From Terriglobales bacterium (lineage in GTDB: Bacteria; Acidobacteriota; Terriglobia; Terriglobales; SCQP01), in contig DATNED010000034.1 in NCBI GenBank assembly GCA_035553115.1, positions 1 through 62,994 on the forward strand: a stretch of DNA of 62,994 nt. Reading direction: 5' to 3'. Made by a program: the position numbers and the translations under genes. Numbering within the stretch: position 1 is the first letter of the stretch; every line of letters starts with the position of its first letter. Positions 18,066 through 27,689 of this stretch are shown here, piece by piece. The notes under the pieces were generated by a model, which saw nothing but the letters and a program-made list of their open reading frames with translations, made no database searches and was not told the origin of the DNA.

Positions 18066-18104
18066 GGGCCCTGGACAGCAAGCAATGTCCAGGGCCCTTT
18101 TTTT
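18066..18104. terminator. Bidirectional intrinsic terminator between accA and the convergent secreted-protein gene
   Basis: Perfect 12-bp stem GGGCCCTGGACA / TGTCCAGGGCCC with an 8-nt loop, followed by T7 on the + strand and preceded by AAAA (U-run for the - strand). It abuts the TAA stop at 18103-18105. Confidence 0.85.
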
Positions 18105-19044
18105 AGTGCAGCACCGATTGGAGTAGATCGGTGTGCAGCAGGCTCAACAGTTGATCTTCGGGGGAGCTGAACTGCAGAAAGGCGTCATTGCCGGCCGAAT
18201 CCACTTGGATTTGTCCCAGCATGGCCTTGGCCTCGGCGTTCTTTTCTCCGCGCTGCCGGATCGCGATGGCTGCGTTGAGTCCGGTCGAGAGGGCTGCCGC
18301 GCTGAGTGCGTCCGTAGTGATGAGCTCGAGGTTCAGCTGCACGTCGCTTTGGAACCCAATCGTATAGCGGGCTCCATTGAAGTGCTTGGCAATCATGCTG
18401 GCGTCCAGGCCGCCCGGGCTGGAGCCCAGCAGGGAGCGGACCATTGCGCGCGAGCCCTGCGCGTCCAGCACGCTCCAAACATCGGAGCTCTGCGTGCCCG
18501 CGATCAGGTTCGACAGCTCTTCATTCTGCGCGATGCCTGCCCCGCCTTGCTCGGTGGCGATGGCGTCGGTCAGTGCGTCCCGCGATCCGAATACCAGCGT
18601 CGAGGGATCGGGCATGAAGAAGGAAAGGCCATTGGCCGTGTATACATCCACGCCCGAGATCTGCGGCGGCGTTGGCTGTTTCGGCGTCTTTTGGAAGAAC
18701 TTTGCGAGCTGAAAGCCGCCCAGATTCCCCTCGGCAACCCCGATCAGGCCGACGCCCTTTTGCCCTTGGAAGGTAGCGAAAGTCAAGCGGTTCAGGTCGG
18801 AAGCGGCACTCACGCCGCCTTGCTTGAGCAACGCATCCAAGCCCCGCATTTCCGGCGGCAGAACTTGGGTTTCGACCTGTTGGGCCACGGCATCGCTCGA
18901 CAAACGATGGTAATCCAGCGATATGACCTGCCGGGCCGACTGCGGAATCACAGACTGCGACGATGCGCTTAGCTGCGCTGCCGCGGCCGGCAGGCCGAAG
19001 CACAGGAGCGAGACAATAGCGGCAATAGAAGAGCGGACGGGCAT
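18103..19044 (-). CDS. Hypothetical secreted protein
   Basis: Internal ATG at 19044 gives 313 aa with a clear signal peptide (MPVRSSIAAIVSLLCFGLPAAAAQ). The part of ORF 18103..19524 upstream of it runs into the 3' end of the neighbouring gene. No family recognised. Confidence 0.7.
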   Translation of the reverse strand: MPVRSSIAAIVSLLCFGLPAAAAQLSASSQSVIPQSARQVISLDYHRLSSDAVAQQVETQVLPPEMRGLDALLKQGGVSAASDLNRLTFATFQGQKGVGLIGVAEGNLGGFQLAKFFQKTPKQPTPPQISGVDVYTANGLSFFMPDPSTLVFGSRDALTDAIATEQGGAGIAQNEELSNLIAGTQSSDVWSVLDAQGSRAMVRSLLGSSPGGLDASMIAKHFNGARYTIGFQSDVQLNLELITTDALSAAALSTGLNAAIAIRQRGEKNAEAKAMLGQIQVDSAGNDAFLQFSSPEDQLLSLLHTDLLQSVLH

Positions 19045-19115
19045 GGTACCTCCGGACAGAACTGCTCTTCCCAGAATAGCAGGCCCGTGCACGCGGACCG
19101 GGCCCCGCGCCAGGG

Positions 19116-22022
19116 TCAGTTCACCGTGAGCGTAACCGTCTCCGTGTGGTTGGTGCTCCCGGCGGTCGCGGTGAACGTCAGATTGTAATTGCCAGGCGGC
19201 GTTCCGCTGTTGGTGGTCGAGCCGCCGCAGGCCAGCGTGCCCAGCGCCCATCCCAGTATCGCTGCCGTGCCCAGCCAGCCCATTCCGCGCCGGCGTGTGC
19301 CTGTGCCCATGCGGGCAATCAAGAACAGCCCGCCCAGGGCAAGTCCGAGCACCGCAAGCCAGGTCCAGGGGCCGCCAGGAATCGACGGAGCCGGCGGAAC
19401 CAGCGCCGGGCGCACGGTGGTGTTGATGGTATAGGTCGCCGTGGACGTCGTGCTGCCATTCATCGTCAGCGAGGTCGGCGACGGCGTGCAGGTGGCGTTT
19501 TGCTGCGAGCCGATGCCTGCGCACGTCAGTGTGACCACTTGCGTGTAGCCGGTGGCGGGGGTGACGTTGAGGCCAAAGCTTGCCGAAGCCCCTGCGGAGA
19601 TCTGATTGAACGTCGGCGTCACCGTGAGGCTGAAATCGCCGCCGCTGCCGCTGAGCGCCAGCGTTTGCGAACCGCCGGGTGCGTTATCGGTGACCACCAG
19701 CGAGCCGTTTTGCGCGCCCACGGCGGTAGGAGTGAACACCACGCTGATCGTGCAGCTTTGGCCGGGAATCAGCGTCGAGCTGTTGCCGCTGCAGTTGTCC
19801 GTTTCGCTGTACGGTCCGGTGACGGCGACCTTGGTGATCGTAAGATTCTTTTCACCGCCATTCGAGAATGTCACCGGGAACGCGGTGCTGGCGACGGTTG
19901 GGGCCTGGGCGGCGAATCCCACCGCGCTGGGCGTGAAAACGCCTTGGGGTGCGGTGACGAACTCTGCCACAAAGGCGACGCCACTCGGGCTGGCGTTGGT
20001 CGTTTGGAAGGCCCCCGTGGTCACTGGGAAGTTCCCGGAGAGCGTGTTGCCGACCATGTAGAGATTGCCGCTGGCATTCAGCGCCACCCCGGTGGCGGCG
20101 TCGTTCGCCGACCCCCCGTAGTAGGTCGAATACAGGCGGGTCTGGCCCACTCCGTCGAGCTTGGTCAAGAAGGCGTCTTGCTGGCCGCCGGTGCTAGGCT
20201 GCGCCGCGCTGGTCGTCGTCGGGAAATCTGCGGTTGACGAGGTGCTCCCGACCACGTACGCGCCGTTGGTCGAGTCGAGCGCGATGCCGGTGGCAATGTC
20301 GGTCTGGCTGCCGCCCAAATAGGTGGCGTAGATATAGGTGTTGCCCGCGGCATTCACCTCGGCAACGAAGCCATCGCTGCTGCCGCCGGCAAAATTCGGC
20401 TGCACCGCGCTCGAAGCCGCTGGGAAGATATTGATCGAGTTGGTGTCGCCGGCGATGAAGGCTTCTCCGGCGGCATCCACCGCAACCGCATTGACCTCAT
20501 CGGTGCCGCTGCCGCCGATGTAGGTGGCGTAATCGACGCTGCGGCCGGATCGGTCAAGCTTGGCCAGGAATCCATCGAACTTTCCGCCGCCGCCGATGCT
20601 GCCCTGCAGCGCGCCGCTGGTGACCGGGAAATTCGACGATATGGTCGAACCCACGATGTAGGCATTCCCGGTGGGGTCCACGGCCACGCCCTTGCCGTTG
20701 TCGGCACCGCTGCCGCCAAGGTAGGTCGAAGCCACTAATGCCGTGCCCGCTGCGTTGATCTCGCTCACAAAGGCGTCGGTCGCGCCGCCGAACACCGTCT
20801 GCGGCGCGCCCGCCGTAGTCGGATAATCGGCAGAATTGGTCGTGCCGACGATGAAGGCGTCATTGGCGCCGTCGAGCGCGACACCCGCGGCCTTGTCGCT
20901 GCCGCTGCCGCCGAGGTAGGTCGAATAAACCAGTGCTCCGCCGGCAGGGTTGATCTTGGCGATGAAAGCGTTATACGTGCCCTTCAAGCTTGCTTGGATC
21001 GGCGCTGCGGTCGGGAAATTGGTCGAACTGGTGAAACCCGCGACGTAGGCCGCGCCTGTGCTGTCCACGGCGATGCCGGTGGCGCCATCGTCCCCGCTGC
21101 CGCCAAGGTAGGTCGCGTAGACTAGCTTGGTCCCGTCTGGGCTCAGCTTGGCCACGAAGGCGTCGTTGGCGGGGCCAAACGATCCAGCGGCCAAGTTGGC
21201 TTGGATCGGGCCCAGCGTGGGGAAATCGCTCGAGAGCGTGGCCCCGGCGACATAGGCTGAGCCGCTCGCATCCACTGCGACTGCATTGGCGGAGTTGAAT
21301 GCTGTGCCGCCGAGCAGCGATGCGAATGCCAGCACTGGGTCAATCGTCAATGCGCGGGAATGGTCGTAGGCACCCAGGGCAAAGCTGGCGCGGTGCTGCT
21401 TCGACAGGGCGTAGCGAACCGGAATCTCGCGTCGTGTGCCGTCCACCTGCTGGTACGCGCGGGGGGCGCGCAGGCGGACTCCAGGCGCAAGCTGCAGCGA
21501 TCCATCCGCAGCCAATCTCGGTGCGCCGCCGGCAACCGCCACCTGGATCTGCGCCGCCGAGGCGCCCGGGGCCAGATCGAGGTCGTATTCCAGGCTGCTG
21601 CTATTGCCGTAGTAGCGGACATCGATTCCCGGATAAATCGCGGTGTAGCGTACGCCCGAGTAGGCTTCGGTGGAAAACGATTTGGCGCCTTGGAAGTAGT
21701 GAACCCCTTGCGGCAATGGGCTTAAGCCCTGCGCCTGCGGGGAGGCGTTCGCGCCCTCGAAGCGCAACCCGATGGCGCCACGCTCGGTCTTGATCACCGC
21801 GGACCCCGAGGCGAGAAACACCACGCTGCCCGAGCTGCGGGCAAGGAACTGGGCGCGCGCGCTCGTCTGGCCCTGGTTCGCCTCAAACGCCAGTGGCAGC
21901 GCGATCTTGGACAGCTTAGGCCTTGGCGCCTGTCCGGCAATCAATGCCGTCATCCCGGCCAAGGCAACCATCAGACGGAGGGATAACGAAGTTCCCGCCC
22001 GCCCGCGCGCTCCCGGCGCCAC
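19116..22022 (-). CDS. Large secreted SBBP (beta-propeller) repeat protein with Ig-like/choice-of-anchor-type C-terminal domains
   Basis: Seven tandem ~55-aa modules of the form DAFVAKL...Y(S/A)TYLGGSG.D.A.G(I/V)AVD..G.AY(V/I)(A/V)G.T.S..FP. These are followed by beta-sandwich domains (SLVVTDNAPGGSQTLALSGSG). The proposed start is GTG 22022, giving MAPGARGRAGTSLSLRLMVALAGMTALIAGQA. The start is uncertain; alternatives are 21971 and 22151. Confidence 0.85.
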   Translation of the reverse strand: MAPGARGRAGTSLSLRLMVALAGMTALIAGQAPRPKLSKIALPLAFEANQGQTSARAQFLARSSGSVVFLASGSAVIKTERGAIGLRFEGANASPQAQGLSPLPQGVHYFQGAKSFSTEAYSGVRYTAIYPGIDVRYYGNSSSLEYDLDLAPGASAAQIQVAVAGGAPRLAADGSLQLAPGVRLRAPRAYQQVDGTRREIPVRYALSKQHRASFALGAYDHSRALTIDPVLAFASLLGGTAFNSANAVAVDASGSAYVAGATLSSDFPTLGPIQANLAAGSFGPANDAFVAKLSPDGTKLVYATYLGGSGDDGATGIAVDSTGAAYVAGFTSSTNFPTAAPIQASLKGTYNAFIAKINPAGGALVYSTYLGGSGSDKAAGVALDGANDAFIVGTTNSADYPTTAGAPQTVFGGATDAFVSEINAAGTALVASTYLGGSGADNGKGVAVDPTGNAYIVGSTISSNFPVTSGALQGSIGGGGKFDGFLAKLDRSGRSVDYATYIGGSGTDEVNAVAVDAAGEAFIAGDTNSINIFPAASSAVQPNFAGGSSDGFVAEVNAAGNTYIYATYLGGSQTDIATGIALDSTNGAYVVGSTSSTADFPTTTSAAQPSTGGQQDAFLTKLDGVGQTRLYSTYYGGSANDAATGVALNASGNLYMVGNTLSGNFPVTTGAFQTTNASPSGVAFVAEFVTAPQGVFTPSAVGFAAQAPTVASTAFPVTFSNGGEKNLTITKVAVTGPYSETDNCSGNSSTLIPGQSCTISVVFTPTAVGAQNGSLVVTDNAPGGSQTLALSGSGGDFSLTVTPTFNQISAGASASFGLNVTPATGYTQVVTLTCAGIGSQQNATCTPSPTSLTMNGSTTSTATYTINTTVRPALVPPAPSIPGGPWTWLAVLGLALGGLFLIARMGTGTRRRGMGWLGTAAILGWALGTLACGGSTTNSGTPPGNYNLTFTATAGSTNHTETVTLTVN

Positions 22023-22304
22023 GGGCAGGCCATGCTCCGGAGCCGAGGGGGAGCCAACCGCAGGAAGGCTGGGGGCGCAGCCCCCGAAGAAAAACGGTGA
22101 GAGCCGCTTTAGGCAGGGAAATTTCCGTCGAGACATAGGCGTTTTCGGCAAATTGGGTCTAATCCGGGGGATGAGGGCGCAATCATCTGGATCCGCCCGC
22201 TCGGGCTGGGCAGAGCCGTTACCAAATCATCTATAAAGCATGCCCCTTTAGTCAAGCAAAAAGGCCGTCTGCGAGCCGCCGAGGTCTCCCCGCGGCACCC
22301 GCTT

Positions 22305-23828
22305 CTAAGAACTTTCGCTCTCGAGCCTGTCCAGTTCCGCTGCAATGCGACGGCGGTCCGGGGAGTTTGGTTCCAAGCCCTCCAAATTGATTGTGATATT
22401 GTCGCGCGCCCCGCTAAAGCCCGCTCGCGCCAGGGCGATCGCGGTCGTGCAATCGCTCGCCATCGCCGCCGGGACGTGCGCCCGGAGTTGACCCAACCGG
22501 AACTCGATCTGTCGGCACCGCGCTGCTATCCCCAGTGGAACCTCAGCCGCGATCACCGTCGCGGCGGTGATCGCATTGGCGCGCTTCCGCTGTTCCGCTT
22601 CAGTGCCTTTGGGCATTCGCCGCGCCGTTCGAATCGCCAGGAAAGCCTCGCTGTCTTGGTCGGTGGCGCGGGATAATTCTGCCTGCAGTTTCGCGAATTC
22701 GGATTGGGCCGAGGTCCATGATGCCTGCAAGGCGGCGTCGTGCGGCGCCGACTTGCGCGCTTTGGCGAGAGCGAGGCTGGCAACCATGGTTCCGAGCGCG
22801 GCCGCCATGGCGCCCGCGGCGGCGGCGGCGGTGCCACCGCCGGGGGCGGGCTCGCTCGAGGCGAGTGCTGAGAAAAATGGCTCCAAAATCGAGGCGAACC
22901 GGGTCGGAACGCTTTCCATGACCGAGGCCGCGCGCGTCTCCACCACGCGGTCGGGAGCAAAGCTGACGAAGCGTAGCATTTCAGCCGCGGAGGCCTCGAG
23001 GGCGGCCCTGGGAATCAAGCCGATCAATTCGCTTTCAACCGGATGCGCTCCCAGCCGCTCGGCCTCTTCCTCAACCGCCCGCCACGCGGCAGCTACCGAC
23101 GTCGTCTCGAAATCCGTCAGGTTCATCGACACCTGCGCCCTGGGCGGATTGCTGAGCTGAACTCCCATGGCCTTCACTCCAGGCATGCCGCCGCTGGATG
23201 CGCGGATGGTCTTGGCGATCGCTTTCGCGATCCCAACGTCCTGGGAATCGAGATTGATGTTGTAGGCGATCAGAAACTTGCGCGCGCCGACGACGGTCGC
23301 GCCTGCCGAGGGATGCAAGCGGCACTCCGGGAAGGGAAGTCCGAAATCCGGTGCCCGTTCCGGTTTGGCGGCGATCTCTGTTGCCAATCCCTCGAACTGG
23401 CCCTTGCGCAGATTTTCCAGGCCACGGCGCTCGGGCGTGCGCGCGGCGGCCTCATAGAGATAGACCGGAATTTGAAACCGCCGCCAAATCTCGCCGCCCG
23501 CCCATTCCGCCAGCCGGACGCATTCCTCCAGGGTGACGCCCTCGAGCGGCACGAACGGTACCACATCGGTGGCTCCGATGCGGGGATGTGCGCCGCGGTG
23601 CAGGCGCAGGTCAATGCGCTGCGCCGCCAAGCCCACGCCGCGTACCGCTGCCTCGGCCACCGCGGTCGGATCGCCGGCCAGGGTCACGACCGAGCGGTTA
23701 TGGTCGCTGTCCATCTCGCGATCGAGCAAGTAAACGCCCGGCACCGCGAGCATCGCTTGCACCAGATCGTTTACGACAGAGGCGTCCCGCCCCTCGCTGA
23801 AATTGGGCACACACTCGATCAAGCGCAT
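22305..23828 (-). CDS. ftcD: Bifunctional glutamate formimidoyltransferase / formimidoyl-THF cyclodeaminase
   Basis: The N-terminus MRLIECVPNFSEGRD is the formiminotransferase signature. The C-terminal ~190 aa carry the cyclodeaminase-type PAPGGGTAAAAAGAMAAALGTMV motif. ATG at 23828. Confidence 0.88.
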   Translation of the reverse strand: MRLIECVPNFSEGRDASVVNDLVQAMLAVPGVYLLDREMDSDHNRSVVTLAGDPTAVAEAAVRGVGLAAQRIDLRLHRGAHPRIGATDVVPFVPLEGVTLEECVRLAEWAGGEIWRRFQIPVYLYEAAARTPERRGLENLRKGQFEGLATEIAAKPERAPDFGLPFPECRLHPSAGATVVGARKFLIAYNINLDSQDVGIAKAIAKTIRASSGGMPGVKAMGVQLSNPPRAQVSMNLTDFETTSVAAAWRAVEEEAERLGAHPVESELIGLIPRAALEASAAEMLRFVSFAPDRVVETRAASVMESVPTRFASILEPFFSALASSEPAPGGGTAAAAAGAMAAALGTMVASLALAKARKSAPHDAALQASWTSAQSEFAKLQAELSRATDQDSEAFLAIRTARRMPKGTEAEQRKRANAITAATVIAAEVPLGIAARCRQIEFRLGQLRAHVPAAMASDCTTAIALARAGFSGARDNITINLEGLEPNSPDRRRIAAELDRLESESS

Positions 23829-25087
23829 GCAGCAGTGTTCCTCCAATGTCCGCCCTGAACGACAGCGTGGCAAAGATTATGGCCGGCAAAATACGGGATG
23901 GCGCGGTGGTCGTCCACCGCGAAGATCGCGGCATCGGCGCGCTTGCCCGGCGTGAGCGAACCGCAGACGGCGGCGCGTCCGAGCGCGGCCGCTCCGTTGA
24001 TGGTGGCCGCGCTCCACGCTTCCGCCGGCGACAACCGCATTCCGCTGCACGCAATGCTCATCACCAGCGGCAGGCTCAGGATGGGGCACGTTCCCGGATT
24101 GAAATCGGTGGCCAGCGCGACCGCGGCCCCGGCGCCGATGAGCTCGCGCGCCGGCGGATACGGCTGGCCCAGAAAAAAATTCGCTCCCGGAATCAGCGTG
24201 GCGACGGTTTGCGCGCGCCCCAGCAGAGCCGCGTCGGCGGCGGTCGCGCTATCCAGGTGGTCCACCGAAACCGCTCCCAGCTCGATCCCGAGGCCAATGC
24301 CTCCGATATGGCCGAACTGCTCGGCGTGCAGCTTGAGCTTGAGTCCGTGAATGCGCGCCTGCAGCAGCACCCGCCGGCATTCTTCCAGAGTGAAGGCGGA
24401 GGGATCGCAGAAGGCATCGGCGAACTCGGGGGCGTAATCCTTTGCCTCCGTCCCGGTGAAGGCCGGTATCATCGCCTCGACGATCTCGTCGAGATACGCC
24501 GCGCGATCGGCCCCCCGCGGAACCACATGCGCGCCCAGAAACGTGCGCGGCGCGTCCATGCCGGCGGCTGCGGCCGCGCGGGCGGCTGCTTGCAAGCTCC
24601 GTCGTTCGGCCTCGAGTGCCAGGCCGTAGCCGCTCTTGACCTCGATGGTGGTGGTGCCGCAGGCGCGCGCCGCGTTCATCCAGTGGTGCGCGCTGGCGGC
24701 GAGTTGGCCCGTCTCGGCCTCGCGCAGGCGCGCGACGCTGGAATGAATGCCGCCGCCGGCTGCGGCGATTTCCGTGTAGGTCGCGCCCGCAAGGCGTTGT
24801 TCGTAGTCGTCCAGGCGGGGCGCCGCGAACACCAGGTGCGTGTGGGAATCCACTAGGCCCGGAGCGACGATCATGCCTCGGCAGTTGCGCTCCTCCACCG
24901 GTCCCAGGTCCCCGGGCAGTCCCCGCGCCACTTCGTCGGTGGACCCTGCGCGCAGCACCTTGCCCTCGGCGAACAGCACCGCCCCATCCCGTACCATGCC
25001 GATGTCGCCCAATTCCGGGCCGCGGCGCGCGCGGTCCCCTCCGGCCAGGGTCAGCAGCTCGGCGGCGTGGGTGAGCAGCAGCGCCAC
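23819..25087 (-). CDS. hutI: Imidazolonepropionase
   Basis: Amidohydrolase fold with GLVDSHTHLVF, KSGYGL, HAEQ and ALATDFNPG. GTG start, overlapping hutU and ftcD. Confidence 0.93.
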   Translation of the reverse strand: MALLLTHAAELLTLAGGDRARRGPELGDIGMVRDGAVLFAEGKVLRAGSTDEVARGLPGDLGPVEERNCRGMIVAPGLVDSHTHLVFAAPRLDDYEQRLAGATYTEIAAAGGGIHSSVARLREAETGQLAASAHHWMNAARACGTTTIEVKSGYGLALEAERRSLQAAARAAAAAGMDAPRTFLGAHVVPRGADRAAYLDEIVEAMIPAFTGTEAKDYAPEFADAFCDPSAFTLEECRRVLLQARIHGLKLKLHAEQFGHIGGIGLGIELGAVSVDHLDSATAADAALLGRAQTVATLIPGANFFLGQPYPPARELIGAGAAVALATDFNPGTCPILSLPLVMSIACSGMRLSPAEAWSAATINGAAALGRAAVCGSLTPGKRADAAIFAVDDHRAIPYFAGHNLCHAVVQGGHWRNTAACA

Positions 25088-26787
25088 TATGCCTTGGGGC
25101 GCCCGGGGGGCTCCGCCATGGGAATCGCGATCCCGCGTTCAACCGCGAATCGGCTCGCCTCCTCGTAGCCGGCGTCGGCATGGCGGGCGACGCCGATCCC
25201 GGGATCGTTGGTGAGCACTCGCTCGATCCGGCTCGCCATCTCCGCTGTGCCGTCAGCCACGGTGACTTGCCCGGCGTGCAGCGCATAGCCGACGCCCACA
25301 CCGCCGCCGTTGTGGATCGATACCCAGCTGGCTCCCGATGCGGTGTTCAGCAAGGCGTTCAGCAGCGGCCAATCTGCGACCGCATCGCTGCCATCGCGCA
25401 TGGCCTCGGTCTCGCGGTAGGGCGAAGCGACAGAGCCGCAATCCAGGTGGTCGCGGCCCATCACGATCGGTGCCTTGAGTTCGCCCTTGCGCACCATTTC
25501 GTTCAGCGCCAGGCCGAACCGATCCCGCTCGCCATAACCCAGCCAGCAAATGCGGGCCGGCAGCCCCTGGAAGCGAACGTGCTTGCGCGCCAGGCGAATC
25601 CAGCGGCTCAGGATCTCATCCTGGGGGAACATGCGCAGCACTAACTCGTCGGTCGCATGGATGTCGCTGGCCTCGCCGCTCAGCGCTGCCCACCGGAACG
25701 GGCCGCGGCCTTCGCAAAACAGCGGGCGGATGTAAGCCGGCACGAAGCCGGGGAAATCGAAGGCGTGGGCGACGCCTCGGCTCAGCGCCATGGCGCGGAT
25801 GTTGTTGCCGTAGTCAAACGTAACCGCGCCCGCCTTCTGTAGCGCAAGCATCGCCTCGACATGGCGGGCGATCGAATCGAGGGCGCGATCGCGGTACGCA
25901 CCCGGGTCGCGCCGGCGCAAGTCGGCGGCCTCGGCCAGGCTGAATCCCGCGGGTATGTAGCCGTGCAGCGGGTCATGGGCGCTGGTTTGGTCCGTGAGCA
26001 GGTCCGGCACAATGCCGCGCCGCACCATCTCCGGCAGCACTTCGGCGCAATTGCCCTCCAGGCCGATCGATACCGCCTCTTGCTGCCGCACCGCGTTCTT
26101 GGCGATGCGCAGCGCTTCGTCGAGGCTGTTGACCTGGATGTCGCAATACCCCGCTTTGACGCGCCGCTTAATGTGTTCCGGATCCACCTCGATGCCGATG
26201 AAGACGCCGCCGCTGAGGGTCGCCGCCAGCGGCTGCGCCGCGCCCATGCCCCCGAGCCCGCCGCTCACCACCAGCTTCCCCTTCAGGCTTCCATCGAAAT
26301 GCTGCCGCGCCGCCGCCGCGAAGGTTTCGAACGTGCCCTGAAGAATGCCCTGGGAGCCAATGTAGATCCAGCTCCCTGCGGTCATTTGGCCGTACATCAT
26401 CAAACCCTGCTGCTCCAGCTTTTCAAACGTTTCCCAGTTCGCCCAGTGCCCGACCAGGTTGGAGTTGGCGAGCAGCACCCGCGGCGCGTATTCGTGTGTG
26501 CGGAATACGCCCACCGGCTTGCCCGATTGGACCAGCAAGGTCTCGTCGTTGGCCAGTTTCTCCAGCGCGGCGACGATGGCGTGGTAGCATGCCCAGTTTC
26601 GCGCCGCGCGGCCCCTCCCGCCGTAAACCACCAATTCCTGCGGCCGCTCCGCCACCTCCGGATCGAGGTTGTTCATCAGCATCCGCATCGCCGCTTCCTG
26701 GGCCCACCCCCGGCACCGCAACTGCACCCCCCGGGGCGCGCGGATCGGGGTCGTGGGCGGGGCGTCGAGCAGGGAAGTGCCGGGCAT
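25087..26787 (-). CDS. hutU: Urocanate hydratase
   Basis: Motifs: [54 protein letters not shown] 26787 is preferred over the GTG at 26814. Confidence 0.95.
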   Translation of the reverse strand: MPGTSLLDAPPTTPIRAPRGVQLRCRGWAQEAAMRMLMNNLDPEVAERPQELVVYGGRGRAARNWACYHAIVAALEKLANDETLLVQSGKPVGVFRTHEYAPRVLLANSNLVGHWANWETFEKLEQQGLMMYGQMTAGSWIYIGSQGILQGTFETFAAAARQHFDGSLKGKLVVSGGLGGMGAAQPLAATLSGGVFIGIEVDPEHIKRRVKAGYCDIQVNSLDEALRIAKNAVRQQEAVSIGLEGNCAEVLPEMVRRGIVPDLLTDQTSAHDPLHGYIPAGFSLAEAADLRRRDPGAYRDRALDSIARHVEAMLALQKAGAVTFDYGNNIRAMALSRGVAHAFDFPGFVPAYIRPLFCEGRGPFRWAALSGEASDIHATDELVLRMFPQDEILSRWIRLARKHVRFQGLPARICWLGYGERDRFGLALNEMVRKGELKAPIVMGRDHLDCGSVASPYRETEAMRDGSDAVADWPLLNALLNTASGASWVSIHNGGGVGVGYALHAGQVTVADGTAEMASRIERVLTNDPGIGVARHADAGYEEASRFAVERGIAIPMAEPPGRPKA

Positions 26788-26839
26788 CGCATTAAGAATA
26801 TCAGGCTGTCCCACACTCCGCGGTTACACTGTGGCCGGA

Positions 26840-27682
26840 ATGAATGGGTATCTGCTATGCGGTCTCGGCGCCGCCGTGGCTTGGGGTTCGGCCGATTTCT
26901 GCGCGAAGAAGGCCGCGACCGCTTTCGGGTTCTGGCCCACGGTTTGGGCCATGAACGCCGTCGGCGCGCTGGCCATGGCAGGCGTCTGGGCAGGGGGCGG
27001 AGTGGTCGTTCGGATTGCTCACTTGCCGCTGCTGATTGCCCTGGCGCTGGGCAATGCTCTGGGGGGCGTGTTTTTCTATTTCGCGCTCGAACACGGGCCG
27101 CTCGCCTTGGTTTCGCCCATCACGGCCGCCTATCCCGTCGTGTCGGCGGTGTTGGCGTTTGCCCTCGCCGGCGAACGCCTCGGGCCTTGGTTGCTGGCCG
27201 CCGTCGGTGGCGTCATCGCCGGAACCTTGCTCGCAAGCATGGGCGCGGGCAGCGACAAAAGAGATCACCCGCGTGGCAGCTCGGCCCTGCTCGCGGCGGT
27301 GGTCAGCGCCTTCGTCTTTGGCGCGGTTTTCTTCGCCCTCGCTGCGAACGCAAGTGTCACCTCGGCCACCGCCCCGGTGCTGGTGTTCCGCTGGGTAGGC
27401 GCAATTGCTTTGGCATTGCCGCTGTTTTGGGGCTGGAGGCTCCCGCCCGCTTTGTGGCGCTCCGGCTGGATTTGGGCCACCGGCCTGCTCGACAGCTTTG
27501 CGTATCTGCTCTACGCCGAAGGCGGCAAGCACCTGCCGGTCTCGATTATCTCCGCCCTCAGCGGCCTGTTTACCGTCTGGACTCTGGTGCTCGCCGTCCT
27601 GTTCTTGCGCGAGCGGCTCGGCTGGCGTCAATGGATCGGCGTGGGGTTGATCCTGGCCGGAATTGCAGCGCTGGTATTCTGA
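26840..27682 (+). CDS. EamA/DMT-family transporter
   Basis: ATG at 26840. It has about ten TM segments in two EamA-like halves (ALEHGPLALVSPITAAYPVVSAVLAF and LYAEGGKHLPVSIISALSGLFTVWT). Confidence 0.85.
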   Translation: MNGYLLCGLGAAVAWGSADFCAKKAATAFGFWPTVWAMNAVGALAMAGVWAGGGVVVRIAHLPLLIALALGNALGGVFFYFALEHGPLALVSPITAAYPVVSAVLAFALAGERLGPWLLAAVGGVIAGTLLASMGAGSDKRDHPRGSSALLAAVVSAFVFGAVFFALAANASVTSATAPVLVFRWVGAIALALPLFWGWRLPPALWRSGWIWATGLLDSFAYLLYAEGGKHLPVSIISALSGLFTVWTLVLAVLFLRERLGWRQWIGVGLILAGIAALVF

Positions 27683-27689
27683 ATGCTCT

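Noticed and set aside
17882-18085. 67-aa ORF (-) in the accA 3' region
   Set aside because: Its start lies inside the terminator hairpin. It has no SD and an unconvincing composition.
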